The position numbers and the translations under genes were made by a program. Shown here in pieces: positions 1 through 9,411 of a DNA stretch of 64,000 nucleotides; position 1 is the first letter of the stretch, and the number at the start of each line of letters is the position of its first letter. Below the pieces are notes generated by a model, which saw only the letters and a program-made list of their open reading frames with translations, was not told the origin of the DNA and searched no databases. The stretch comes from a bacterium (GTDB taxonomy: Bacteria > Patescibacteriota > Dojkabacteria > JAKAPS01 > JAJZLI01): the NCBI GenBank assembly GCA_021816845.1, contig JAKAWT010000001.1, forward strand, positions 70,087 through 134,086, read 5' to 3'.

Positions 1-736
1 TAAGTTTAGAAAAATACAAATCCTCTATTTTACCAAAACCGTCTATTATAGCTATTGTTATAGAGGTAGAGTCAATAAGTTCTTCTAATGACTGATGCTC
101 TTTAACCTCAATACCACAACCTATAATTCCTATAACACCAACAGCCAGAGATTTCTTTATGATTTCTTGTGTTATTATATTGCCTACATATATTATAGAA
201 TCTATACAGGAAGAATTGATACTGTCTAGGTTTAAAATACCATTATTATTAGCTATATATTTTAATCTAGCCTCTATGGTCTTACCAAAAACATATTTTA
301 AATTACATCTTACTACTTCTGTATCTATTATAATTTTCCTACCCTCATCTTCAATACTACTTATTTTCCCATCTACATCAGATCTTAATGTTATATCTTC
401 AGGGTAAGATTTTATAAGAATATGTCCTTTCCCAAGTTCAGATAAATCAACAATACCTTCTACCGGAGATACTAAAATCTTCTTCCTTTTTTTTAACATA
501 ATATCCCCTTTATTAATAATTTGACCATGCACAACATGTAAATATTTTTCTGGTTTTGAAACAAAATCTAATACATTAATTCTATATGCCATCTTAGAAA
601 CGGTACCTCTGGCAAGGATGGTATTATCTTTAATTCTATCTCCAGGAGATACTACAACCTCAGCATTATCCATATTATATCTGGTGTATTTATAACCTTT
701 CTGATATACAAATTTTTTTATGTAAGTTATATCCAT
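1..736 (-). CDS. Partial hypothetical protein (runs off the window edge) with barrel-sandwich-hybrid-like repeats; typical neighbour of GlmL/MutL-like genes
   Basis: Own translation, not in the ORF track: ATG at 736, MDITYIKK...VVVSPGDRIKDNTILARG...VVHGQIINKGD...LVSPVEGIV...LRSDVDGKI...IAIIDGFGK, open to position 1. Confidence 0.6.
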   Translation of the reverse strand, partial: MDITYIKKFVYQKGYKYTRYNMDNAEVVVSPGDRIKDNTILARGTVSKMAYRINVLDFVSKPEKYLHVVHGQIINKGDIMLKKRKKILVSPVEGIVDLSELGKGHILIKSYPEDITLRSDVDGKISSIEDEGRKIIIDTEVVRCNLKYVFGKTIEARLKYIANNNGILNLDSINSSCIDSIIYVGNIITQEIIKKSLAVGVIGIIGCGIEVKEHQSLEELIDSTSITIAIIDGFGKIEDLYFSKL

Positions 737-740
737 TATT

Positions 741-1880
741 TTAAAAACTAAAAGGTTCTAAATTTTCAACCCATTTTTTTATATTACCTATATCTATTTT
801 ATCATCGCTTCTAGTATCAATAACTATATTGTTTCTAGATACTAATTCAACTTCATCCCTTTTTGCTCCTATAAATGAATTTTTAGGCAACTTTATGGTA
901 ATATGAGCCCTACCAAATACAGGAATATTCGTAATATTTTCTCTTTCAACAACTATTTCCCTTATACTCTCATCATCTACTATTTTAACCGGTATTACAG
1001 ATTTCAAAGATGCTCCATGATCAAATCCTACTGTAAAAATATCTACTAAATGAGATATATGTTCAAGCATATCATCAGTACCTTCAACGGAAATTAATGA
1101 AAAAATATTGTCGTCATCTATATACAGACTTGCTGCACCATATAACTCAACTCCATAAAGTAGTGATAGAATGGCCTGGTACTGATGAGGGGCAGACATA
1201 AATTGATATAAATCACCCGTTAAAACTATAATAGGGGTATTCCCATTGTCTTCAAGTGATATGTTTTTTATGAAATTTTTTAAAAGTATGGATATGATTG
1301 GTAGTGCTATATATTCTTTCCTTGTTTGAGGGAATTTTGATATTGCATTAAAAATACTTGTTTTTTTTAATTTGTTTTGTACGAGTGCAAAATCAGAGAT
1401 ATCTTTCATCTTAAAAATATCATCATATGAGTGTTCTATTTCTTGATTCAGTAATTTCTGATCTTGAGATGATGATATGAAAATACCATTTCTAGAAACA
1501 TTAATTACATAGCAAGTCACGTTATTAAATTTTTTTGCAAAATCTTTTGCAATATTGTTAAAATACTCTTGATTTGTTATATAAACTTTATTGGTCACCT
1601 TAAGAAAATCTTTCCTAAATATCCCATATGAAGTATAAATTTCAACATTTAGATTTTCATTGATATTAGAATATGTATATAGATCATTAGAAAGAGAAGA
1701 TATAAAATCACTTATATATTCTGCTCTTTTAAATAGTGGGTTAAAAAATTCTTGAGGAATAGAAAGTTGCTTATTATGAACCATTTTACCATTTTGGTAT
1801 AAGAATCCTTTTACAAAATAGCTATCAAAAACTATTAGTAGTGTCTCATCTTCATGTATGTCTTCCGCAAATATATTCAT
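741..1880 (-). CDS. Hypothetical protein, possibly a divergent GlmL/MutL (glutamate mutase L)-like ASKHA-fold protein
   Basis: 379-aa ORF; IIVLTGD and C-terminal IVIDTR resemble the GlmL-family VIIDARGRP motif. Confidence 0.4.
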   Translation of the reverse strand: MNIFAEDIHEDETLLIVFDSYFVKGFLYQNGKMVHNKQLSIPQEFFNPLFKRAEYISDFISSLSNDLYTYSNINENLNVEIYTSYGIFRKDFLKVTNKVYITNQEYFNNIAKDFAKKFNNVTCYVINVSRNGIFISSSQDQKLLNQEIEHSYDDIFKMKDISDFALVQNKLKKTSIFNAISKFPQTRKEYIALPIISILLKNFIKNISLEDNGNTPIIVLTGDLYQFMSAPHQYQAILSLLYGVELYGAASLYIDDDNIFSLISVEGTDDMLEHISHLVDIFTVGFDHGASLKSVIPVKIVDDESIREIVVERENITNIPVFGRAHITIKLPKNSFIGAKRDEVELVSRNNIVIDTRSDDKIDIGNIKKWVENLEPFSF

Positions 1881-1898
1881 TAAGGCAGAGAAGGGTTT

Positions 1899-2159
1899 TT
1901 AATCCTTTATAAAATAAGGCAGAATAGACATCTGTCTTGCTCTTTTTATTGATCTAGTAATATTTTTTTGATGTCTATTACAATTTCCAGTCCTGAATCT
2001 TGAAATAATTTTACCTTTCCTAGATATAAACTTTTTTAATCTATAGGAATCAGTATAAGATATCTCCCCAACTCCATTCTGACATAAAGCACAAACTGTT
2101 TGTCTTTTTAAAACTTTTTTCTTTTTTCCTTTTTTAGAAGATGTATTTTGAAAAGCCAT
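1899..2159 (-). CDS. rpsR: 30S ribosomal protein S18
   Basis: LKKFISRKGKIISRFRTGNCNRHQKNITRSIKRAR; CxxC zinc form; rpsF-ssb-rpsR order. Confidence 0.97.
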   Translation of the reverse strand: MAFQNTSSKKGKKKKVLKRQTVCALCQNGVGEISYTDSYRLKKFISRKGKIISRFRTGNCNRHQKNITRSIKRARQMSILPYFIKD

Positions 2160-2162
2160 TGT

Positions 2163-2633
2163 TTAAAAAGGTAAATCATCTATAGAATTAATATCTTCTT
2201 CTGGAGCTGGGCTGTCCTTCACAGCCTCTTCAACAACAGGAAGTTCCGGTTTACTATCAGCAGAAATATCAGCATTAACTGATGAATCTCTTGATAAAGG
2301 TGATAAAACTTTCATATCCTCTATTCTTATCTCTGTTTTAGTATGTTTTGTCCCATCATCTTTATTCTCCCAAGATCTTGTTCTTATTTCGCCTTCAACA
2401 TAAACTTTCATACCCATCTTTAATATTTGAGCACATATCTCAGCAAGCTTATTCCATGCTACTATATTGTGAAATTCTGCGATCTCTTGAACATTCCCAT
2501 CAGAGTCCTTCCAAGTACTATTCGTAGCTATTGAAAAAGAACATACTGAATTTCCTTTTGGAGTAGATCTCAACTCAGGATCTCTCGTTAGATTACCAAT
2601 TAATAAAACTTTATTTAATGAACGTGATGCCAT
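2163..2633 (-). CDS. ssb: Single-stranded DNA-binding protein
   Basis: LNKVLLIGNLTRDPELR; C-terminal DDLPF. Confidence 0.98.
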   Translation of the reverse strand: MASRSLNKVLLIGNLTRDPELRSTPKGNSVCSFSIATNSTWKDSDGNVQEIAEFHNIVAWNKLAEICAQILKMGMKVYVEGEIRTRSWENKDDGTKHTKTEIRIEDMKVLSPLSRDSSVNADISADSKPELPVVEEAVKDSPAPEEDINSIDDLPF

Positions 2634-2654
2634 AATATTTTATACTAAAATAAA

Positions 2655-2990
2655 TTAACTATTCAATTTTTGTTGAGGATCACTAAATTCTACAACTTTG
2701 AATATACCTTGTCGTATAATTTCTCCTATTAGGTAGAGTGATCTTTGTAATTTTGAAATATTTGTCCCTCTAAAATCTTTCCCTTGCTCTAGATTATACA
2801 ATATAAAGTAACCTTCATTGTGCTTTTTTACATCAAAGGCCAAATATCTTTTACCCCAAACATCTTGATTCTTTATATCTAAAGAATTATCTTTAATAAT
2901 ATTTTCTATTTTATTTTGGATGTTTAATCTGACATTCTCGGGAAGAGAAGGCTTAAGTGCTAACATCAACTCATATTTTCTTGTACTCAT
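2655..2990 (-). CDS. rpsF: 30S ribosomal protein S6
   Basis: RKYELML...WGKRYLAFDVKKHNEGYF; start moved to the ATG at 2990 (MSTRKY). Confidence 0.93.
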   Translation of the reverse strand: MSTRKYELMLALKPSLPENVRLNIQNKIENIIKDNSLDIKNQDVWGKRYLAFDVKKHNEGYFILYNLEQGKDFRGTNISKLQRSLYLIGEIIRQGIFKVVEFSDPQQKLNS

Positions 2991-3108
2991 AAAAAAATAA
3001 CATATTAACTTAGACAAATAGTACCATACAACCACTGTTTTATCAAGGATCTAAATGCTTATGTCTATACAAAGATATCTAATACTAGTAAGACTTAATA
3101 TTTAAATA

Positions 3109-3408
3109 TTAAAATAAGGAAAATAAAACTTTACCTACAATATCTTGTTTCCTTATATATCCAAACTTTCTACTATCTAAGCTGTCATTTAAATTATCTC
3201 CTAGAATATAGTACTCGTTATTTTTAATATCTGATACCCTTTTTAGTATGGGAATATTATTAAATTTATTTGTTTTTACAACAATAATATCTCCTACTTT
3301 TGGATTCGTAAACAAATATTTTATAAAACTCACAAAAACTATGCTACCTTCGGAAATTGTAGGGTACATACTGTCACCTTTAACTTTGAGAAGTTTTATA
3401 AATACCAT
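3109..3408 (-). CDS. sodX: Nickel-SOD maturation protease (S26 family)
   Basis: VKGDSMYPT, ILKRV, GDNLNDSLDSRKFG; directly downstream of sodN. Confidence 0.9.
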   Translation of the reverse strand: MVFIKLLKVKGDSMYPTISEGSIVFVSFIKYLFTNPKVGDIIVVKTNKFNNIPILKRVSDIKNNEYYILGDNLNDSLDSRKFGYIRKQDIVGKVLFSLF

Positions 3409-3431
3409 CTATAAATATTGTACTTTAGAAT

Positions 3432-3923
3432 CTAACCTTTAGCCCTAGCTTCTTTTACTTTATTAAAAGATTCTGCAACTTTTGACACTGATTCAACCAA
3501 ATTATTAGCATTTTCTGTACTTACAGTTTGTTTTGCTAAGGATGCAAGCTTGCAAGTATTCCATATTAAATCATGCAAATCTGGAATTGTAGCAAGATCA
3601 GATGCTTTAAAATAATCTGTCCACAATATTAGGACCTCTCTTTTAACCCTTTCTGCATGTTCCTCCTTTACAAGGATCCTTCTTGTAATTGAGTTTTGAA
3701 TTTCAATACTACCACTATTACTTTTATATTCATCCGTATCCTTTATAGTATTTATCTGTTCTACCATTGTGGCTACAGTTTTTGCAGCCATCACTGCATC
3801 AAAAGGATCATAGATCCCACAAGGTACGTCACAATGAGCATACACAAAATCAATACTAATGTTTCTTTTTATAAAATTAATGATACCGAATTTAGATAAT
3901 TTGTTTCTTGATACTTTATACAT
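3432..3923 (-). CDS. sodN: Nickel superoxide dismutase precursor
   Basis: Ni-hook HCDVPCGIYDP after a 29-aa leader; KEEHAE and LWTDYFK. Confidence 0.97.
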   Translation of the reverse strand: MYKVSRNKLSKFGIINFIKRNISIDFVYAHCDVPCGIYDPFDAVMAAKTVATMVEQINTIKDTDEYKSNSGSIEIQNSITRRILVKEEHAERVKREVLILWTDYFKASDLATIPDLHDLIWNTCKLASLAKQTVSTENANNLVESVSKVAESFNKVKEARAKG

Positions 3924-3970
3924 AATTATAAATATAATATACTAGTTTAATATTATAAAATGAATACTAT

Positions 3971-4534
3971 ATGAATATCAACACCATATTGTTTTATAGG
4001 ATTAACTCAATTATAGCTATTCACTATTTTAATATATTTTTCATCCTCTTTTCTGAGTATTTCATATATATCTTTATAATTTCAACAATATTAATTTTTT
4101 TTATCAAGAATAGAGTAAGTACAAAGCAGAGTAATCAAAATATTATTATATTATCATTATTATCTGCAATATTTGGAGTTATAATAAATGTAATCACTAA
4201 AATTTTTTATTTTGACAATACACCTTATAATATTTTGCCAGGCATAAATAAAATAATACAACTGCCATATTTTAGTATATTATTCTCAAATTCACTTGTT
4301 ATATTAACAGCAATTACAGGCATTATTTATCTATATAACAAAAAGCTTAGTTATTTTTATATTGGAGGGTTAATACTTATTGGGTTTTCAAAAATAGCTA
4401 TAGGACAATATTTTCCAATATACGTAATACAGAGTTATATAATAGGTATTATATCTGCTATTATAATCTATAAATGCCAACATCTATTCTATTTAATATT
4501 TAAGAATATTCAAGCTCTGATCAGTAATAAATAA
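3971..4534 (+). CDS. PAP2/BcrC-like membrane protein with degenerate catalytic motifs
   Basis: N-terminal LFYRIN; TM pattern; SKIAIGQYFP where SRxxxGxHYP is expected. Confidence 0.6.
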   Translation: MNINTILFYRINSIIAIHYFNIFFILFSEYFIYIFIISTILIFFIKNRVSTKQSNQNIIILSLLSAIFGVIINVITKIFYFDNTPYNILPGINKIIQLPYFSILFSNSLVILTAITGIIYLYNKKLSYFYIGGLILIGFSKIAIGQYFPIYVIQSYIIGIISAIIIYKCQHLFYLIFKNIQALISNK

Positions 4535-4889
4535 GCCGGATTCTGTTTATGTGTTCATCTATCTTGAGACAATATTTCTACTATCTTCCTTGCGTCTTAT
4601 TTTGACTTGCTGGAGATGGAGGTTACAATGCCTTGATGAATCACTTCTCAAGCGGTAGTCTCTTACACTGCCATTTCACCCTTATCCAAAAGATCTAAAT
4701 TCTAGGATCAAGATCCTAAGATCAAAATATTTAGGACGGTATATTTTCTGTTGCCCTTATTCTAAAGATCTCTCCTTACTATATGTTAAATAGCATCTAC
4801 TTCATTGCCTTCCGACAATGCCAGTCCAGACTTTCCTCACACATAGGTTCTTACACTTATGTGCGCGAACACTTATATTACTGATCAGA
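4516..4889 (-). ncRNA. rnpB: RNase P RNA
   Basis: Minus strand has GAGGAAAGTCTGG and ACAGAATCCGGCTTA; 14-bp P1 helix TCTGATCAGTAATA/TATTACTGATCAGA; ACAGAAAATATACCG...AAGGGTGAAA around P12. Confidence 0.96.
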
Positions 4890-4916
4890 TAGAGATATTA
4901 TACCATATAATAGATC

Positions 4917-5132
4917 CTACTTTATAGAAAATGCAGTTCTTAAAGATTGATCAAATGGTAGTGTTCCTATATATATAGATATAATAAATAATATTACGAT
5001 GACAACAACTATAAATATTAGGCTCCATATCAATCTACGTGCAATTGGTTGATAATCATTATCTATAACATTACCTTTATCACGTGCTTTCAAAACTTCA
5101 ATCTCATATTTTAAACTTTTTTTTGATGCCAT
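4917..5132 (-). CDS. Small single-TM membrane protein
   Basis: 71-aa ORF with one hydrophobic helix. Confidence 0.65.
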   Translation of the reverse strand: MASKKSLKYEIEVLKARDKGNVIDNDYQPIARRLIWSLIFIVVVIVILFIISIYIGTLPFDQSLRTAFSIK

Positions 5133-5227
5133 AATTCCAATATTGTCAACTATATATAAATGTATTATACTAAATTTTGTAATGTAATTACATATTAGTG
5201 TTTTGATATTAAGAACATATTTTAATT

Positions 5228-6496
5228 ATGCAGGAGATAAATTTCGACTCTCAAAGTTTAATAGAAAATGATATAGAAAATCCTAATCCTAAAAAGCATA
5301 AACATTTTAAAAGGATTAGAAATTGGTATACAAATTTGAGTCAAAATCAAAGATATGTTTTTTGGATATCTGTAATAGTAATATTAATCATAATTTTGGG
5401 TACCACATCAATTTTAGTAATTTTATTCCGACCGAATCAACAAATACCAAAGGTTCAGGCATCTAGCACAAGTAAACCTGTAAAAAAAGTCATTGCAAAA
5501 GTAGCTCCAAAGTATGTAGACCCGCTAGATGGAACTTACGTAACATCTAAAAGTATTTTAAATAGGCCTCCCCTTGCTGTTATGGTAGAAAATTCTACAT
5601 CTGCAAGACCACAATCTGGGTTAAATAGTGCAGATTTAGTTTATGAAGCCCAAGTAGAGGGAGCAATTACAAGATTTATGGCTGTTTATTTAAAAAACTC
5701 TCCAACATCAATAGGCCCTATAAGGAGTGCTAGATTATATTATATCTCTTGGGCTCAAGGACTTGGGGCTATATATACTCATTGGGGTGGAAATATATAT
5801 GCTTTAGAAAAATTACAAAGCCAAAACATTCCTAATCTGAACGGTATTACAACCCCATCAAGTAATAACACTTGTCCAACGTCTGCATCAATAACTTACA
5901 CATTTTGTAGATCATTACAAAGATATGCTCCACATAATGCTTATGGGAATGCTTTAGGATTATGGAATCTTGCAAAAAGTGATGGATTTTTTTCTCAATT
6001 AACTTTAGGTAAGAATGAAACACCTTATCAGTTTGCATCTACACCTAAAACTTCATCCTTAGGTGCTAATGGATCTTCAATAAGCATATTTTTTGATCAA
6101 GGAGTCATTCCATATGATGTACAATGGGTATATGATCAATCTAATAATGATTACATCAGATATAATGGGGGAACACTTCAGTATGATGCAAATACTAACC
6201 AATCTTTAACCGCAAAAAATGTAGTAGTTTTATATATGAATGGTTACACTGAAAGTTATCCTGGCGAAGGGACTACGGAAGCAGCAGCACCTATATGGAT
6301 AATGCAAACAGTAGGATCTGGTAATGCATATATCTTCAATAATGGACATGAGACCAAAGCTACTTGGACCAAAACAAGCAATACTTCTAGAATGCAATTT
6401 AAAGACTTAAATGGTAACCCTATTACATTCCAAAGAGGAGAAATTTGGTTTGAAATATTACAACCACAAACTGGCTCTTTTACTTATACTCCATAA
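5228..6496 (+). CDS. DUF3048 (YerB-like) membrane-anchored protein
   Basis: PLAVMVEN...ARPQSGL..ADLVYE..VEGAITRF...GPIRSAR; APHNAY. Confidence 0.9.
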   Translation: MQEINFDSQSLIENDIENPNPKKHKHFKRIRNWYTNLSQNQRYVFWISVIVILIIILGTTSILVILFRPNQQIPKVQASSTSKPVKKVIAKVAPKYVDPLDGTYVTSKSILNRPPLAVMVENSTSARPQSGLNSADLVYEAQVEGAITRFMAVYLKNSPTSIGPIRSARLYYISWAQGLGAIYTHWGGNIYALEKLQSQNIPNLNGITTPSSNNTCPTSASITYTFCRSLQRYAPHNAYGNALGLWNLAKSDGFFSQLTLGKNETPYQFASTPKTSSLGANGSSISIFFDQGVIPYDVQWVYDQSNNDYIRYNGGTLQYDANTNQSLTAKNVVVLYMNGYTESYPGEGTTEAAAPIWIMQTVGSGNAYIFNNGHETKATWTKTSNTSRMQFKDLNGNPITFQRGEIWFEILQPQTGSFTYTP

Positions 6497-6500
6497 ATAT

Positions 6501-7079
6501 ATGATTGATGTATTCTTTGTTTCTAAAGTTAGAGTAAAAATTATTAAATTGTTTATGTTACATACATCTTCTTCATATCATGTAAGAGCAATAGTAAGAG
6601 AAATTGATGAAGAAATTAATGCTGTAAGAAGAATTCTACAAGAGCTTGAAGAAGTTAAAATGCTTACAAGTGAAAAAAATGGAAATAGATTATACTACAC
6701 TTTAAATAAAGATTTCATATTTTTTGATGAACTTTTATCAATGGTCAATAAGGAATTTGGAATTGGAGGAAAAATAATAAAACACAGAGTAAAAATAGGT
6801 AATATAAAAATGGCAATATTATCAAATTCATATATACAAGATAGAAAGAAAAGTGAAACTGATATTGATCTTCTAATAGTAGGATCACAGATAGACAATG
6901 TATATCTAGATAAAATTATAAAGGATTCAGAATTAAAATTAAAAAGAGAGATTAATTATACTTACCTATCCTCTCTCGAGTTTGAATCAATAAAAAGATC
7001 AAGAGAAGATTTTTTAATGGAAATAATAAACAACAAAAAATTAATGCTTATAGGAGATGAATTAGACCTATATAAATAA
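6501..7079 (+). CDS. Winged-helix (ArsR-like) regulator fused to a nucleotidyltransferase-like domain
   Basis: SKVRVKII...HVRAIVREIDEEINAVRRIL...NRLYY; DIDLLIVG; start set at ATG 6501. Confidence 0.8.
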   Translation: MIDVFFVSKVRVKIIKLFMLHTSSSYHVRAIVREIDEEINAVRRILQELEEVKMLTSEKNGNRLYYTLNKDFIFFDELLSMVNKEFGIGGKIIKHRVKIGNIKMAILSNSYIQDRKKSETDIDLLIVGSQIDNVYLDKIIKDSELKLKREINYTYLSSLEFESIKRSREDFLMEIINNKKLMLIGDELDLYK

Positions 7080-7134
7080 ATATAAATGTCCCCTTCAAAT
7101 TGCACAAATAGGAAAAATAGATTAAAATCAACCT

Positions 7135-8526
7135 ATGTTAAAATTGAATAGGCTTAGAACAAATAAATTAAAAATAAATAAATCTAGAAGGTTTGTTATA
7201 TTAACAATATTCCTTTTCATATTTCTACTTGCAATAGATATCCCTACAATTAATATTAATTTAAAACCTATTGGTATAGATTATAAAACTACTATAAATC
7301 ATCTTACTCTAAACCTAAATATATTTGGTATACATTATACAAATACTTTGAATCCAAGTTTAGGACTAGATTTAAAAGGAGGATCACAACTAGTATTACT
7401 TGCTGACACTTCAAAAATTCCAAGTAGTCAGGTTTCATCTGCAATGCAAGCAGCAAGAAATATAATATCTCAAAGAGTAAATTTATATGGAGTTGCTAAC
7501 GCACAGGTGTATACAGAAACGTATGGAAAACAACAGAGAATTGTTGTTGACCTTGCGGGAGTAAAAAATTTGAAAGAGGCAAAAAAACTTGTTGGAGAAA
7601 CAGCAAAATTAGAGTTTTTAACCCTAAACAAAAATGCTAATTTATCAGCTGTTACAACACCAAATATCCCTATATCAGATTTTTCAAAAAAGACAAATCT
7701 TACTGGAGCAGATCTTCAAAGTGCATCAATAACTTATCAGCAAGGATCTACATCCCCTAGTATACAATTAAATTTTAAACCAGAAGGTCTTACTAAATTT
7801 TCAAATCTTGCAAAAGCAAATGTTGGAAAACCTATTGGTATAGCTTTAGACGGGAAAATTATTGAGAACCCTATAATTAATAAGAATCTTGCTAATGGAA
7901 CTGTATCTTCCCCAATAATAACTGGTAATTTCTCTTTGAACACTGCACAAACATTTGTAGACCAGCTCAATGCAGGAGCATTACCTGTACCAGTAAAATT
8001 AATCGAAGAGAATACTGTAACTGCTACACTAGGTTCGGCATCAATAAAAGCAAGTATATATGCAGGTATACTTGGAGTTCTAATAATACTTCTTTTTATG
8101 GTATGGAATTATGGATATTTAGGACTTGTAGCAGATTTTGCACTTTTGATATATGCACTACTCGCTTTTGCAATATTTAAATTAATTCCAATAACTCTTA
8201 CCCTGGAGGGAATTGCAGGATTCATATTATCCATAGGTATGGCTGTTGATGCTAACATACTAATATTTGAAAGAATGAGAGAAGAAAAGAAGGATGGAAG
8301 GTCAAGAAAATCAGTTATTAACCTTGGATTTAGACGTGCTTGGAATTCTATAAGAGATTCTAATGTATCCACACTTATAACAACATTAGTTTTATATATA
8401 CTTGGAACGAGTCAGATACGTGGATTTGCTATAACTTTGGCTATAGGTGTTATGGTAAGTCTTTTTACAGCAGTAGTAGTCACAAGACATCTATTACAGA
8501 TACTTTATGTTGATAAACAAACATGA
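7135..8526 (+). CDS. secD: Protein translocase subunit SecD
   Basis: LGLDLKGG, LNAGALPV, GMAVDANILIFER. Confidence 0.98.
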   Translation: MLKLNRLRTNKLKINKSRRFVILTIFLFIFLLAIDIPTININLKPIGIDYKTTINHLTLNLNIFGIHYTNTLNPSLGLDLKGGSQLVLLADTSKIPSSQVSSAMQAARNIISQRVNLYGVANAQVYTETYGKQQRIVVDLAGVKNLKEAKKLVGETAKLEFLTLNKNANLSAVTTPNIPISDFSKKTNLTGADLQSASITYQQGSTSPSIQLNFKPEGLTKFSNLAKANVGKPIGIALDGKIIENPIINKNLANGTVSSPIITGNFSLNTAQTFVDQLNAGALPVPVKLIEENTVTATLGSASIKASIYAGILGVLIILLFMVWNYGYLGLVADFALLIYALLAFAIFKLIPITLTLEGIAGFILSIGMAVDANILIFERMREEKKDGRSRKSVINLGFRRAWNSIRDSNVSTLITTLVLYILGTSQIRGFAITLAIGVMVSLFTAVVVTRHLLQILYVDKQT

Positions 8527-9407
8527 ACCTAAATATAGTTAAATACAAATATGTCTACCTAATAATCTCAGGATCACTGATGCTTATTGCGATAATATCG
8601 TTACTGATATGGGGACTACAATTTGGTATAGATTTTACTGGTGGAACTGATCTTATATATAAGACAACTGGAACTGAAGCTTCTCTTGTATCTAACTACC
8701 TATCTACAAACTATAAGGGTAGCAGTATAACTAATATAGCCACTGGTACATATCAAGTACAAACAGAACCGTTGTCAGAGAAAACAATTACAGCCTTAGA
8801 ATCTACTCTTACCAAAAATTTTAAATTAAAAAAACCTGAACAGGTAACGACAATAGGACCAAGTATAGGGGTTGAATTACAACATGTTGCTATATATTCA
8901 GTAATTATGGTTATACTTGGTATTATATTTTATATAACCTACTCGTTTAGAGCTGTTCCAAAGCCAGCAAACTCATTCGCTTTTGGTGGGGCAGCAATTA
9001 TAGCGATGATACATGATGTTTTAATAGTGTTTGGAGCATTTTCTATACTAGGACATTTCTTTAATGCCCCGGTAGATTCACTCTTTGTAACAGCTGTCCT
9101 AACAGTTATGGGATTTTCAGTCCATGACACCATAGTTGTATTTGATAGAATTAGAGAGAATCTCATAAAAAAAAGGTCTAATGATTTTAGCTATGTTATA
9201 AATTTCTCACTCATGCAAACATTAAACAGATCACTAAATACATCGTTTACAGTCATACTTGTACTTGTGGCACTATTCCTTGTTGGAGGTATTACAATAA
9301 GATGGTTTGTCATAGCCCTACTTATAGGCGTAACTGCAGGAACATATTCGAGTATATTTGTTGCAAGTCAACTACTTGTTATCTATGCAGAACACAAAAA
9401 ACTATAA
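8523..9407 (+). CDS. secF: Protein translocase subunit SecF
   Basis: GIDFTGG, HDTIVVFDRIREN, GTYSSIFVA. Confidence 0.98.
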   Translation: MNLNIVKYKYVYLIISGSLMLIAIISLLIWGLQFGIDFTGGTDLIYKTTGTEASLVSNYLSTNYKGSSITNIATGTYQVQTEPLSEKTITALESTLTKNFKLKKPEQVTTIGPSIGVELQHVAIYSVIMVILGIIFYITYSFRAVPKPANSFAFGGAAIIAMIHDVLIVFGAFSILGHFFNAPVDSLFVTAVLTVMGFSVHDTIVVFDRIRENLIKKRSNDFSYVINFSLMQTLNRSLNTSFTVILVLVALFLVGGITIRWFVIALLIGVTAGTYSSIFVASQLLVIYAEHKKL

Positions 9408-9411
9408 AGTA

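Noticed and set aside
159-407. 82-aa plus-strand ORF in the track
   Set aside because: It is the antisense shadow of the longer minus-strand ORF 1-736.
2991-3060. Possible S6:S18 ribosomal leader RNA upstream of rpsF
   Set aside because: The position fits, but I could not identify a convincing stem with the CCG/CCC motif by eye.
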